Source: Kiritimatiellia bacterium (lineage in GTDB: Bacteria > Verrucomicrobiota > Kiritimatiellia > JAAZAB01). Taken from it: a stretch of 64,000 bases of DNA. Below the pieces are notes generated by a model that had not been told where the DNA came from, ran no database searches, and was given only the letters and a program-made list of their open reading frames with translations. Numbering within the stretch: the stretch's first letter is position 1; each line of letters begins with the position of its first letter. The position numbers and the translations under genes were made by a program. Shown piece by piece: positions 43,872-55,600 of this stretch. The stretch is taken from the NCBI GenBank assembly GCA_028715905.1, contig JAQUQV010000004.1, positions 16,664-80,663 on the forward strand, read 5' to 3'.

Positions 43872-46304
43872 ATGCGCTCATTTTTCAGCTTGTTTGTTGT
43901 GTTGGTGTTCGGCGCGGCGGCCCGGAATTGCGGCGCCGCGCCCGGCAACTGGCAATTGCGTTCGCCGGCGTCTGCCATTGTTGATCTCAGCGGCGCGGCC
44001 TGCAATGGAACGATCTATGTGGCGGTTGGCAAGCACGGCGCGGTTTTAACCTCCGCCGACGGTCTGGTCTGGACGCATAGCGATTCCGGTCTGACAAATG
44101 ATTTGCATGGCGTGGCTTACGGCAACGGCCGCTTCGCGGCCGTGGGCGGCGACGGCTTCGCCGCGACCGCATCCGACGATCTTGTCTGGACCGCGCGCGA
44201 TACCGGCGTGTCCGGCGATTTCAGCAATATCCGCTTTGTGAACAACCGTTTTGTGGCAATCGGCTCGGGAGGATTGGTCGCTACTTCGCCCGACGGCGCC
44301 GTCTGGACGCCGCAGACTACCGGAATTTCAAAGACGCTGGAGGATGTAACCTTCGGCAACGGGCAGTACGTTGCGGTGGGTTGGCCGGATGGCGCGGTTA
44401 TCACTTCGCCGGACGCAATTGCCTGGACAAACCGGGCGACGGAGTCGTCCGCTTCTTTATCCGGCGTGGTTTTTAAAGACGGACAGTTCGCCGCGTGCGG
44501 CTCCGGCGGCACGGTTCTGACCTCCACCAACGGCGTTGACTGGACTTCAATGGTTACGGGCATTTCGTATACCTTTTCATGCGTCACTTGCGCGGACGGA
44601 TTCTTTGTCGCCGCCGGTTCGTCCGGCAAAACCCTTTATTCCGTCGACGGCGTTGACTGGACGCTCCTTTATACCGGCATGGGAACCTGGTACAGCGATA
44701 TTATTTTCCAGGATGGAAAATTCGTGGCGGTTGGTTCCGAGGGATATGTTGTTACTTCGCCCGACCATTTAAACTGGACCCGCAGGATGCCGGAATATAC
44801 CGACTGTATTGAGGCGGTTGCATACGGCAACGGCCGGTTTGTGGCCGTCGGCGGGCCGAATGCGCTTGTCATGACCTCCGAAGACGGAGCCGGCTGGTCT
44901 AATCAGCCGTTAATGTTTATGGACGCCAAGCCATGCCGCCCGCATTACTCGGCGGTGGCCTATGGCGCGGATCAGTTCGCGGCCTGCGGCTCGGGCGGCG
45001 CTCTCATGACTTCGCCCGACGGACTGACCTGGACCAACCGCGATTCGCCGGTCGGCAAATCCATGTCCTGCATCGTTTTTGGGGTTGATAAGTTCGTGGC
45101 CGCCGGCCAGGATGGCTGCGCCGTGGTTTCTTCAAACGGCGTTGATTGGATTGCGGCGGAGACCGGAGTCAGCCGCTGGATTTTCGGCATCACCTATGCG
45201 CAGAATCAATTTCTCGCGGTTGGAGAATACGGCACGCTCGTCACTTCGCCGGACGGATTAAGCTGGACCAACCGCAATGTCAATGCGGACGAGCAGGCCA
45301 AGCCTTACTGTGCGCACCTCCGGGCGGTTGCTTATGGCAACAATCGGTTCGTCGCCGTGGGCGACGGCGGCAGAATCTATTGTTCTCCGGACGGCGTTGC
45401 CTGGAGCAACGTTCCTTCCGGGGTGTCATCGGCCCTGAACGCCGTTGATTTCAAGCATGATCGTTTTGTGGCGGCGGGCGCGAACGGCGCGCTGGCGTCG
45501 TCCGTCAACGGCAGTGTTTGGACCAACCTTGCCTTTGACACCAGCGCGGATCTTGAAGCCGTCGCTTACGGCAACGGCACCTTCATTGCCGCGGGCCAGG
45601 GCAGAACAATTTATCAGTCGGAAGCCGATGCCGCGCCCGCCGATGATTTTGACAAGGACGAAATCACCGACCTGGTTGCCGTCGCCGGTTCGGATTGGTA
45701 TATATGGTTTTCCTCATCGCAATACCAGGCGCGCCAGGGCCCTTATGATCTGGGGGTTGCCGGCATCTCCTTAACCGGAGACATTGACGGCGACCGGCGG
45801 GCCGATCCGATTGTTGTCTCCGGCTCAAACTGGCACGTGTGGCTTTCCACGGGGCAATACCGGACACGCGGCGGCCCGTATGATCTGGGCATTGCCGGCC
45901 TTCCCGCGGCCGGGGACATTGACGGCGACGGGCTGGCCGACCTGCTTATGACCGCCGGCTCAAACTGGCACGTGTGGTTTTCTTTGGATCAATACCGGAC
46001 GCATTGCGGTCCTTATGATCTGGGCATTGCCGGCCTTCCCGCGGCCGGGGATGTTGACGGCGACGGGCTGGCCGACCTGCTTATGGCCGCCGGCTCAAAC
46101 TGGCACGTGTGGTTTTCTTCGGATCAATACCGGACGCGTTGCGGCCCGTATGATCTGGGTATTGCCGGCCTTCCCGCGGCCGGGGACATTGACGGCGACG
46201 GACTGGCCGACCTGATCTGCATTGTTGGTTCTGATCGGTATGTCTGGTTCTCTTCCGCGCAATATCAGACGCGCGGCGGACCGTATACGTTGAATGTGCC
46301 ATGA
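43872..46304 (+). CDS. Secreted beta-propeller repeat protein (Ycf48/BNR-like blades) with C-terminal FG-GAP/VCBS repeats.
   Basis: AGGAGGA RBS and signal peptide MRSFFSLFVVLVFGAAA. More than 12 repeats of F[VA]AVG..G.[IV].TS.DG..WT. The C-terminus has 5 repeats GSNWHVWFS..QYRT.GGPYDLGIAGLPAAGD[IV]DGDGLADL. The DNA has tandem repeats of about 120 bp at 45.8-46.25 kb. Confidence 0.65.
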   Translation: MRSFFSLFVVLVFGAAARNCGAAPGNWQLRSPASAIVDLSGAACNGTIYVAVGKHGAVLTSADGLVWTHSDSGLTNDLHGVAYGNGRFAAVGGDGFAATASDDLVWTARDTGVSGDFSNIRFVNNRFVAIGSGGLVATSPDGAVWTPQTTGISKTLEDVTFGNGQYVAVGWPDGAVITSPDAIAWTNRATESSASLSGVVFKDGQFAACGSGGTVLTSTNGVDWTSMVTGISYTFSCVTCADGFFVAAGSSGKTLYSVDGVDWTLLYTGMGTWYSDIIFQDGKFVAVGSEGYVVTSPDHLNWTRRMPEYTDCIEAVAYGNGRFVAVGGPNALVMTSEDGAGWSNQPLMFMDAKPCRPHYSAVAYGADQFAACGSGGALMTSPDGLTWTNRDSPVGKSMSCIVFGVDKFVAAGQDGCAVVSSNGVDWIAAETGVSRWIFGITYAQNQFLAVGEYGTLVTSPDGLSWTNRNVNADEQAKPYCAHLRAVAYGNNRFVAVGDGGRIYCSPDGVAWSNVPSGVSSALNAVDFKHDRFVAAGANGALASSVNGSVWTNLAFDTSADLEAVAYGNGTFIAAGQGRTIYQSEADAAPADDFDKDEITDLVAVAGSDWYIWFSSSQYQARQGPYDLGVAGISLTGDIDGDRRADPIVVSGSNWHVWLSTGQYRTRGGPYDLGIAGLPAAGDIDGDGLADLLMTAGSNWHVWFSLDQYRTHCGPYDLGIAGLPAAGDVDGDGLADLLMAAGSNWHVWFSSDQYRTRCGPYDLGIAGLPAAGDIDGDGLADLICIVGSDRYVWFSSAQYQTRGGPYTLNVP

Positions 46305-46442
46305 TTTTTTGCTTTTTTTCTTGCATATACTACAGATAGTGGTATTTTTTTGGCTTAAACAGAATTAAAACAATATATAGCGGTATCTGTGGCTTGCCGA
46401 AACAGCGTAAGTCGTTATATGTTCCGTATTTAGGAGGGTGTT

Positions 46443-49424
46443 ATGCTCAATACGCGCGATTCTCTTGGCTTGGTTTTAGAACTGGAAAATGTGCATAACA
46501 AAACAGGCCAGCCGTCAGGCAAAAACAACGGCGGGCGCGGAAGAAACAATGGCGATGGAATAAATGGTTCCATGAAACAAAAAGAGAAATTGCGCAATAA
46601 TCCATCCCGCAACGGCGGTTCCGCCGCGGAAAACACTGCGCGCGCCAGACCGGACGCCCTGCATATCCCGGCTTTATTCAGTAAAAAGGAAACGCACCCG
46701 TTTGACGAGGTTGAATGGGAGCGCCGCAAGGCGGTCATTAAAAACGACAAAGGGGCGGTTGTTTTTGAAGAGGACGACGTGGAAGTGCCTAAATCCTGGT
46801 CGGCCCTGGCGACCAACGTTGTGGCTTCAAAATATTTTTACGGCGCCAAGGGCACGAATGTTCATGAAAAATCAGCCCGCCAGCTCATTCACCGCGTTGC
46901 CCGCACCATTGCCGACTGGGGATTGAAAGACGGCTATTTTGCGTCTGCCGCCGACGCGGAAACTTTTTACCGCGAGTTGTCATTCATCTGTGTTAACCAG
47001 ATCGGGGCGTTCAACAGCCCGGTCTGGTTCAATATCGGCCTGCACCAGGTCTACGGATTGTCTTCCGCCAGCAAGGCCTGCCACTTCTTTAATCCCGCCA
47101 CGTCCAGAATAGAACAGACGGCCGATTCCTACAAGCGCCCGCAGGGCTCGGCCTGTTTTATCCAGTCGGTGGCCGACAGCATGGAGGACATCATGCGTCT
47201 TACCGCTTCCGAGGCGATGTTGTTCAAATACGGTTCCGGCACCGGCACGGACCTGAGCACATTGCGCAGCAGCCGCGAAAAATTATCCGGCGGCGGAACA
47301 CCTTCGGGGCCGCTCAGTTTCATGCGTGTTTTTGACCAGGTGGCGGCGGTGGTCAAGTCCGGCGGGAAAACGCGGCGCGCGGCGAAAATGCAGAGCCTGA
47401 AGGTGGAACATCCGGACATCATGGAGTTCATCAACTGCAAGGTCAACGAGGAGAAAAAGGCGCGGACGCTGATTAATTCCGGTTATGACGGTTCGTTCAA
47501 CGGCGAGGCGTATTCGTCGGTCATGTTCCAGAACTCCAATCTTTCGGTGCGGGTTACGGATGATTTCATGAAGGCGGTGGAAGCCGGCGCGGTCTGGCAC
47601 ACCAAGGCGGTTACCACCGGTAAAATCGCGGAAGTGCTTGATGCGCGGACCATCATGCGGAATATCGCCGAGGCCGCCCACTTCTGCGGCGATCCGGGCA
47701 CCCAGTATCATACCACCATCAACCGCTGGCATACCTGTCCGGCCAGCGGCAGTATCAACGCCAGCAATCCCTGCTCGGAATACATGTTCGTTGATAACAG
47801 CGCCTGCAATCTGGCTTCCATCAACCTTATGAAATTCTGCGACGATCGCCGGGTTTTTGATGTTGAGCGTTTCCGGCACACGGTCCGGATGCTGATTATC
47901 GCCCAGGATATTCTCGTGGATAATTGCAGTTATCCGACGCCGGAAATCGCCGAAAATTCGCACCGTTTCCGCCCGCTCGGCCTTGGTTACGCCAACCTCG
48001 GGGCTTTGATTATGCGGCTGGGCAAGCCGTACGACAGCGACGAGGGGCGCTCTTTCGCCGCGGCCGTAACGGCGCTCATGACCGGTTCGGCCTATTTAAC
48101 CTCGGCGGAAATGGCGGCCGCACGGGGAACTTTTGATGCCTTCCCGCAAAACCGCAAGCCGATGCTTGATGTCATCGGACTGCACCGCGACGCCCTGAAA
48201 CAGGTGAAACCCGACGCCGATTCTTCCGGTATGCTTGCCGAAGCGCAGGAAACCTGGGAGCGCGCCGCCGAACAGGGGCGGCTCCACGGCTATCGGAACG
48301 CCCAGGTGTCCGTCCTGGCGCCGACCGGCACCATCGGCTTTATGATGGATTGTGACACCACCGGCGTTGAGCCGGATATGGCGCTCATAAAATACAAACA
48401 GCTGGCCGGCGGCGGCATGTTTAAACTGGTCAACCGCTCCATTCCCGCGGCCTTGAGCCGGCTTGGCTACGACGATTCCCAGGTCAAGGTTATTGTCAGG
48501 CACATTGACGAAAAAGACACGATAGAAAGCGCGCCCGGTTTGAAGCCCGGGCACCTGCCGGTTTTTGACTGCGCCTTCAAGCCGAAAAACGGGACCCGTT
48601 TCATTGATTATCATGCCCATCTCAAAATGATGGCCGCGGTTCAGCCTTTTCTGTCGGGGGCGATCAGCAAAACAATCAACATGCCCGCCTCGGCGACCGT
48701 TGACGACGTTCAGCAGGTTTTCATTGACGGCTGGAAGCTCGGCCTGAAAGCGGTTGCCATTTATCGCGACGGCTCCAAGGGCATTCAGCCGGTGAGCGCC
48801 GATAAGTCCGCGTCCGGACAGGGCGCAATGCCCGAGGTCGTTTCCCCCAAGCCGTTCCGCCGGCGAATGTTGTCCACGCGCAAATCCATCACGCACAAGT
48901 TTGAAGTCGCCGGACACCAGGGATATCTGACGGTCGGGCTGTATGAAGACGGCTCGCCCGGCGAGCTTTTTATCACCATGGCCAAAGAGGGCAGCACGGT
49001 CGGCGGAATTATGGATGCGTTCGGGACCGCTATTTCCATGTGCCTCCAGTACGGCGTCTCGGCGTCCACGCTGATTGATAAATTCACCCACAGCCGTTTT
49101 GAGCCGAGCGGCTTTACCAAGAATCCTGAAATTCCGTATGCCAAGTCGCTCGTTGATTATATTTTCCGTTGGCTGGCGCTGACTTTCCCCAACGGCAAAA
49201 GCGAGGCCGCGCTCCCGGAATGGCGGCCTGAAAAAACGGCCGAAAAGCAGCCGGCGGCGCAAACGGCCGGCCGAAAGCCGGGCAACGCTGAGGAAATGCT
49301 TTACAAGCAGGGCACGATTGATCCGGGCGACGCCCCGGTCTGCGATCAATGCGGCGCGATCACCGTGCGCAATGGTTCCTGTTACCGCTGTTTCGTCTGC
49401 GGCAGTTCCATGGGATGCTCATAA
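46443..49424 (+). CDS. nrdJ: Class II (adenosylcobalamin-dependent) ribonucleotide reductase NrdJ.
   Basis: Active-site region NPCSEYMFVDNSACNLASINL and the C-terminal Zn-ribbon CDQCGAITVRNGSCYRCFVCG are NrdJ hallmarks. TAGGAGGG RBS. The N-terminal about 60 aa is a Gly/Asn/Arg-rich extension. Confidence 0.85.
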   Translation: MLNTRDSLGLVLELENVHNKTGQPSGKNNGGRGRNNGDGINGSMKQKEKLRNNPSRNGGSAAENTARARPDALHIPALFSKKETHPFDEVEWERRKAVIKNDKGAVVFEEDDVEVPKSWSALATNVVASKYFYGAKGTNVHEKSARQLIHRVARTIADWGLKDGYFASAADAETFYRELSFICVNQIGAFNSPVWFNIGLHQVYGLSSASKACHFFNPATSRIEQTADSYKRPQGSACFIQSVADSMEDIMRLTASEAMLFKYGSGTGTDLSTLRSSREKLSGGGTPSGPLSFMRVFDQVAAVVKSGGKTRRAAKMQSLKVEHPDIMEFINCKVNEEKKARTLINSGYDGSFNGEAYSSVMFQNSNLSVRVTDDFMKAVEAGAVWHTKAVTTGKIAEVLDARTIMRNIAEAAHFCGDPGTQYHTTINRWHTCPASGSINASNPCSEYMFVDNSACNLASINLMKFCDDRRVFDVERFRHTVRMLIIAQDILVDNCSYPTPEIAENSHRFRPLGLGYANLGALIMRLGKPYDSDEGRSFAAAVTALMTGSAYLTSAEMAAARGTFDAFPQNRKPMLDVIGLHRDALKQVKPDADSSGMLAEAQETWERAAEQGRLHGYRNAQVSVLAPTGTIGFMMDCDTTGVEPDMALIKYKQLAGGGMFKLVNRSIPAALSRLGYDDSQVKVIVRHIDEKDTIESAPGLKPGHLPVFDCAFKPKNGTRFIDYHAHLKMMAAVQPFLSGAISKTINMPASATVDDVQQVFIDGWKLGLKAVAIYRDGSKGIQPVSADKSASGQGAMPEVVSPKPFRRRMLSTRKSITHKFEVAGHQGYLTVGLYEDGSPGELFITMAKEGSTVGGIMDAFGTAISMCLQYGVSASTLIDKFTHSRFEPSGFTKNPEIPYAKSLVDYIFRWLALTFPNGKSEAALPEWRPEKTAEKQPAAQTAGRKPGNAEEMLYKQGTIDPGDAPVCDQCGAITVRNGSCYRCFVCGSSMGCS

Positions 49425-49443
49425 CACTCTTGAAGCGGTAATC

Positions 49444-49980
49444 GTGAAACGCATTTATAGAGATTTTTTTGAATATCCGGCCGGTTGCGTTTCGCGTTTC
49501 GTGAAATACGCGCTGCTGGCCGCGGCCACCGGGTTCGGCCTGGGCCTGAGCCCGGTGGCCTCGGGGACCACCGGTACCCTGCCGGGCGTCTTGCTGATGT
49601 TTTGCCTGGCCGGGGTCTGGTCCGGTCCGGTTATCTGGCAGATATGTTGCGCCGCGGCGCTGGCCGCCGCGGCCGTGCCGTTGTGCGATCTGGCTGAAAA
49701 ATATTTCCAGCATAAAGACGATGGACGCATTGTCGCCGATGAATATCTGACCTTCCCAATCTGTATGATCGGCCTGCCGGTTTGCGCGCCGGTCCTTGTC
49801 ATGGCTTTCCTCACCAACCGCGTTTTTGACATCCTCAAACCGTTTCCCGCGCGGCGTCTGCAGGCCCTGCCCGGCGGGCTCGGCATCGTGGCCGACGATT
49901 TTTTTTCTTGCCTGTACAGCCTGGTTTTGAATCATCTCGCGTTCCGGCTGTTGATCCGATTCGGTCTTATCGGCGGTTGA
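49444..49980 (+). CDS. pgpA: Phosphatidylglycerophosphatase A (PgpA).
   Basis: Motifs SGTTGTLPG and IVADEYLTFPI. GTG start at 49444 to avoid overlap with nrdJ. Confidence 0.6.
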   Translation: MKRIYRDFFEYPAGCVSRFVKYALLAAATGFGLGLSPVASGTTGTLPGVLLMFCLAGVWSGPVIWQICCAAALAAAAVPLCDLAEKYFQHKDDGRIVADEYLTFPICMIGLPVCAPVLVMAFLTNRVFDILKPFPARRLQALPGGLGIVADDFFSCLYSLVLNHLAFRLLIRFGLIGG

Positions 49981-49983
49981 AGA

Positions 49984-50676
49984 ATGAAGTTAAGCGTAAT
50001 TATTCCGGTTTATAACGAGGCCGGCACCATTACCCGGGTGGCCGGGGCGGTCCGGGATGTTGAAATCAACATGGAAAAAGAGCTGATTTTTGTTGATGAC
50101 GGTTCCACGGACGGCTCGCGCGATATTCTCCGCGCGCTGCAGGGGGAATATCCGAAGGCGAAATTTGTCTATCATGAAAGCAACCGCGGCAAGGGGGCCG
50201 CCTTGCGCAGCGGATTCAAAGAGGCTTCCGGCGATATCGTCCTGGTCCAGGATGCCGACCTGGAATACGACCCGCGCGATTATCCGGCCTTGCTCGCGCC
50301 GATCCTGAATGGTTATGCCGACGTGGTTTTCGGCTCGCGCTTTAGCGGCAACGGCCCGCACCGCGCCATTTTTTTCTGGCATTCGCTCGGCAACCGGTTT
50401 TTAACCATGCTGTCCAATATAATGACCGATTTAAACCTCTCCGACATGGAAGTCGGCTATAAGGTTTTCAGAAAGCAAGCGCTTGACTCCATCGCCTTGC
50501 GGGAGGACCGGTTCGGCGTAGAGGTTGAACTCACGGCCAAACTCGCCCGCGGCGGATGGAAAATATACGAGGTGCCGGTTTCCTATTACGGCCGCGATTA
50601 TGCGGACGGGAAAAAAATCACCTGGCGGGACGGCATCCGCGCCTTGTGGTGCATTCTGAAATATCGTTTTGTTTGA
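49984..50676 (+). CDS. GT2-family glycosyltransferase (polyprenol-phosphate sugar transferase-like).
   Basis: LSVIIPVYNEAGTI and VQDADLEYDP (DxD) motifs. Length 230 aa. Confidence 0.75.
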   Translation: MKLSVIIPVYNEAGTITRVAGAVRDVEINMEKELIFVDDGSTDGSRDILRALQGEYPKAKFVYHESNRGKGAALRSGFKEASGDIVLVQDADLEYDPRDYPALLAPILNGYADVVFGSRFSGNGPHRAIFFWHSLGNRFLTMLSNIMTDLNLSDMEVGYKVFRKQALDSIALREDRFGVEVELTAKLARGGWKIYEVPVSYYGRDYADGKKITWRDGIRALWCILKYRFV

Positions 50677-50708
50677 GTTGATTAATCCCCTATGGAAAGG
50701 AAAAGCGC

Positions 50709-52376
50709 ATGAACAGCGATCGGATTAAAAAAGGACTGGAAAGGGCCCCCCACCGCAGCTTGTTGCGGGCATTGGGTGTCAAGGATGAGGATTTTGACAA
50801 ACCTTTTATCGGAATCTGCAACTCGTTTTCCGAGATTGTTCCGGGACATATGCATCTGAACCAGGTCGGACGTTTTGTTGCGAAACATATCCGCAATGCC
50901 GGGGGAATTCCGTTTGAATTCAATACCATTGCCATCTGCGACGGGATCGCCATGGGCCATGCCGGGATGAAATATTCGCTCCCGAGCCGCGAATTGATCG
51001 CCGACAGCGTGGAGTCAATGGTGCGCGCCCACTGTTTTGACGCCCTGGTATGCATTCCCAACTGCGACAAAATAGTGCCGGGAATGCTGATGGCCGTGAT
51101 GCGCGCGAACATCCCCGCCATTTTCGTCAGCGGCGGCCCTATGGCCGCCGGCAAAGCGCCGGACGGCAAAGTCCTTGATTTGATCAGCGTGTTTGAAGGC
51201 GTGGCCGCCTGCAAGCAGAAAACCATCAGCGACGAACAGCTTGCGGCAATTGAAGCGAACGCCTGCCCGGGATGCGGTTCCTGCTCGGGAATGTTCACGG
51301 CCAACTCCATGAACTGCCTGTGCGAGGCGCTTGGCATGGCCCTGCCCGGCAACGGCACCATCCTGGCCGCGGACCCGAAACGCAAAAGCCTTTATAAAAA
51401 AACGGCCGTCCGCGCGGTTGAGCTCGCCCAACAGTTCGGGCCTCTGCCGCGCGAAATCGTCGCCGTTTCCGCGCTGGACAACGCATTTGCCCTGGACATG
51501 GCCATGGGCGGCAGCACCAATACCGTTTTGCACGCGCTGGCGATTGCCCGTGAAGCCGGCGTTGACTACGATCTGGAGCGGATCAACTCCATTTCAAAAA
51601 AATGCCCGAATATCTGCAAGGTTTCGCCTTCCAGCGCCTACCATGTGGAGGACGTTGACCGTGCCGGCGGGGTGAGCGCGATCCTGAAAACCATCAGCGC
51701 CGTCAAGGGGTTGCTGAACACGGATGCCATGACCGTAACCGGAAACACGCTGGGTAAAAATATCGCGCGGGCAAAAGTTATTGACCAGAACGTCATCCGG
51801 CCGCTGGAAAATCCTTATGCCAGTGAAGGAGGGCTTGCGATCCTCCGGGGAAATCTGGCGGAAGAAGGCGCGGTCGTCAAGACCGCGGGCGTGGCGCCTT
51901 CCATGCTGGTCTTTGAAGGCACGGCCGTGATTTTCAATTCCCAGGAGGAAGCCTGCGAGGGCATTTTGGCCGGTAAAGTCAAGGCGGGCAACGTCGTGGT
52001 GATCCGTTACGAAGGGCCGCGCGGCGGCCCCGGCATGCAGGAAATGCTCGGACCCACGTCATATATCATGGGCCAGGGGCTCGGGGAGAAAGTGGCGCTT
52101 ATTACCGACGGCCGTTTCTCGGGCGGCACCCGCGGCGCCTGCATCGGGCATGTCTCGCCCGAGGCGGCCGCCGGCGGACTGATTGCCCTGCTGGAAGAAG
52201 GCGATTTGATCCGCATTGACATTCCAAAACACAGGCTGGAAGCCGTGCTGTCCGAGGAAGTCGTCAAACAGCGCCGCGCGCGTTTGCCGGTTTATCAGCC
52301 GAAGAGTCTTTCCGGATACCTGCGGCGCTACGCCTCCCAGGTAACCAGCGCCGGCGCCGGCGCGGTGCTGAAGTGA
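50709..52376 (+). CDS. ilvD: Dihydroxy-acid dehydratase IlvD.
   Basis: [19 protein letters not shown] Fe-S ligand motif and characteristic N-terminal RSLLRALG. Length 555 aa. Confidence 0.9.
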   Translation: MNSDRIKKGLERAPHRSLLRALGVKDEDFDKPFIGICNSFSEIVPGHMHLNQVGRFVAKHIRNAGGIPFEFNTIAICDGIAMGHAGMKYSLPSRELIADSVESMVRAHCFDALVCIPNCDKIVPGMLMAVMRANIPAIFVSGGPMAAGKAPDGKVLDLISVFEGVAACKQKTISDEQLAAIEANACPGCGSCSGMFTANSMNCLCEALGMALPGNGTILAADPKRKSLYKKTAVRAVELAQQFGPLPREIVAVSALDNAFALDMAMGGSTNTVLHALAIAREAGVDYDLERINSISKKCPNICKVSPSSAYHVEDVDRAGGVSAILKTISAVKGLLNTDAMTVTGNTLGKNIARAKVIDQNVIRPLENPYASEGGLAILRGNLAEEGAVVKTAGVAPSMLVFEGTAVIFNSQEEACEGILAGKVKAGNVVVIRYEGPRGGPGMQEMLGPTSYIMGQGLGEKVALITDGRFSGGTRGACIGHVSPEAAAGGLIALLEEGDLIRIDIPKHRLEAVLSEEVVKQRRARLPVYQPKSLSGYLRRYASQVTSAGAGAVLK

Positions 52377-52671
52377 TTTTTGCCGCCGCCTTGGCGGAAA
52401 TCGGAAAGTACGAACTTATCGCCGGTGTCCGGAATTCAAGCAGGCGGAACGCAGTATCCGAATCAGCGGAACGATCAATAGGCAATTATGCGCCTGTTTT
52501 GCAAAAACCGCATTGTAATTATACGTGAAGAATGTATATTAGTCGATACTGAATAGTCATATATATGGCCTTTAACTTTTCCGGCGGGAGCATTCTTTCT
52601 TCCTGTTTGGTCCACGCGGTAAAAGCACATGGCTGAAAGAAGCATTTGCTTGGGCAGTTTTTGAAAGGCAG

Positions 52672-55600
52672 TTGACGCCGAATTCCAGCCAAAGGAAAAC
52701 CATGAAAACATCAAGTGTGGCGCGAATGAAAAGCGGATTGGGGTTTTTGCTTTTGCGGACGCGAACCAGAGCGTGGTGGATACCGGCGCTTTTCTTTTTG
52801 GTCGCCATAACGGTACAGGCCGGCGATTACACTTACACGGACAATGGCGACGGCACAATCACCATCACCAGCTACTCTGGTTCCGGAGGCGCGGTTGTCA
52901 TCCCTTCCACCATTGAGGGCAAAACTGTTACCGGCATCGGGGGGGCGTTCTTTGATTGCACCAGCCTGACAAGCGTCACGATCCCCGACAGTGTTACCAA
53001 CATCGGGGTAGATGCATTCTATGGCTGCGCCAGCCTGACCAACGTTACGATCGGCAACAGCGTTACCAGCATCGGGATGGATGCGTTCTGTTATTGCACC
53101 AGCCTGACAAGCATCACGATCCCCGACAGCGTTACCACCATTGGAGACTATGTGTTCTATGGCTGCGCCAGCCTGACCAACGTTACGATCGGCAACAGCG
53201 TTACCAGCATTGGGAAGAAAGCGTTCTATTATTGCACCAGCCTGACAAGCATCACGATCCCCGACAGCGTTACCAGTATCGGAAATGATGCGTTCAGTCA
53301 CTGTTACGACCTGACCACCCTCACGATCGGCAACGGCGTCACCAATATCGGGGACAGCGCGTTCGCTTTCAACACCGTTCTGACTATTGTTACAATCCCT
53401 GACAGCGTCACCACCATTGGTAACTATGCTTTTCAAGATAGCGGCCTGACCAACGTCATAATCGGTAATGGCGTCGCCAGCATCGGGGAATATGCGTTCT
53501 ATTGCTGCTATAGTCTTTCCAGCATGACGATCCCCGACAACGTTACTATTATAGGGAGGTGCGCATTCCTCTTGTGCGATGACCTGACCAGCGTCACGAT
53601 CGGCAACAGCGTCACCAACATCGGGTATGGTGCGTTTGCCTCATGTCGCAGCCTAACCACGATTACGGTGGAAGAGGAAAATTCAGCCTATAGCAGTGTG
53701 GACGGGGTTTTGTTCAACAAAAGCAAGACTACGCTAGTTCAATATCCGGCAGGCAAAGCTGGAAGTTATGTGATCCCCGATAGTGTCACCAACATCGGAG
53801 ACGTTGCGTTTTGCGATTGTTCCGGCCTAACCGGGGTGACGATTCCCGACAGCGTTATCGGCATCGGGGAGGGTGTCTTTGAAGACTGCTATAGTCTAAC
53901 CAGCGTCACGATCGGTAGCAACGTCACCAGCATCGGGATGGATGCGTTTAGCGGCTGTGGTCTGATCAACGTTACAATTCCTGACAGCGTCACCGGCATC
54001 GGGGACTATGCGTTTTATTACTGCAAAAAACTGACTAACGTTGCGATCGGCAACGGCGTCAGCAATATAGGTAATCGGGCGTTCGGTGACTGCACCAACC
54101 TGACCGCGATCACAGTGGACACGGGAAATGCCACCTATAGCAGTACAGACGGCGTCTTGTTCAACAAGAACCAGACTACGCTCATCATGTGTCCTGGAGG
54201 CAAAGCCGGAACCTACGCGATTCCCGACAGCGTCGCCAGTATTGGGACATATGCGTTTGATTCCTGCTCCAGCCTGACCGACATCAGGATTCCCAATAGC
54301 GTTATCAGTATAGCGGACAGAGCATTCTTAGGCTGTGCCAGCCTGGCCAGCGTCATGATCCCTAACGGTGTCACCAGCATCACGGACTGGACATTCGGTT
54401 ACTGCACCAAACTGACCCAGGTTGTGATCGGCAATGGCGTCACCAGTATCGGGTACGCTGCGTTCCGATCCTGTGGCGCCAGTCTTAGAAGCGTCTATTT
54501 CCAAGGTAACGCCCCCAGTCTTGGCTCGAGCGTGTTCTCCGGAGACAACAATGCGACCGTCTATTACCTGGCCGGGACAACAGGCTGGAGCACGACTTTT
54601 GGCAGTCGCCCGACCGCGTTATGGATCGCACCGGCGGCAATCACGACCCAGCCGCAATCGCTGACGAATAATTTGGGTTCATCCGCGATCTTCACAGTGA
54701 CGGCTTCGGGGCCTGAGCCGTTATATTACCAATGGCAAAATAATGCCGTGAACATAGTTTCAGCGACTAATGCGGTCTGCACGATCAATCCGGTGGCGGG
54801 CGACGACGCGGGGGATTACCGCTGTCTGGTCAGCAACCTAGTTGGCGTAACCACCAGCGCGACAGCGACATTGATACTGGCCGCTCCGCCGGTGTTTATG
54901 ACTAACCCGCAGTCACTAATCCGGAACGTTGGTGAAACCGCAAGCTTTATTGTATCGGCGACAGGAACGGAACCGTTCCGTTACCAATGGCAGAAAAATG
55001 GCGCAAATATTGGCTCCGCAACCAACGCGACTTATACGATCAATCCGGCAACGATGGATGATGCGGGAAATTACCGGTGCTTGGTCGCTAACATGGCCGG
55101 CGCGGCCACCAGCGCCGTGGCAGTGCTGACCATGACCGCGGCCCCGGCCCCTTCGGGCGTTACGGCCGGCGACGGAACTTATTCGGATAAAGTGCTTATT
55201 TATTGGACGGCGGTTTCTGCCGCGACAAGTTACAGAGTATGGCGGGGAACAAACAATAACGTGCAGAATGCTTCTGTGATTGGAACTGCCACAACGTCAT
55301 TTTATCTGGATACAACCGTCACAGCCGGCACCATATACTATTACTGGATTCAGGCGGTTAATTCGGCCGGAACCAGCGACTTAAGCGCATCGGATTCGGG
55401 CTATTGCGGATCAATCGCGGACCCGGCAATTCCGGCGGGGGTAAGCGCAAGCGACGGAATATACGCCGACTATATCAAGGTTGCCTGGCAGGCGGTCAGC
55501 GGGGCGACCAAGTATGAAGTATGGCGCTCAACGGAGAACGATTTCTCATTGGCGGCTTTGATCAGGGAAACAACCGGGACCAGTTATAATGATGCTTCTG

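Noticed and set aside
46320-46390. Possible NrdR boxes upstream of nrdJ (ACTACAGATAGTGGTA, ACAATATATAGCGGTA).
   Set aside because: Only about 9 of 16 positions match the NrdR consensus, and the spacing between boxes (about 42 bp) is atypical. Too weak to call without a PWM scan.
48096-49349. 417-aa minus-strand ORF antisense to nrdJ.
   Set aside because: NrdJ active-site and Zn-ribbon motifs are on the plus strand. Long antisense ORFs are expected at this GC content.
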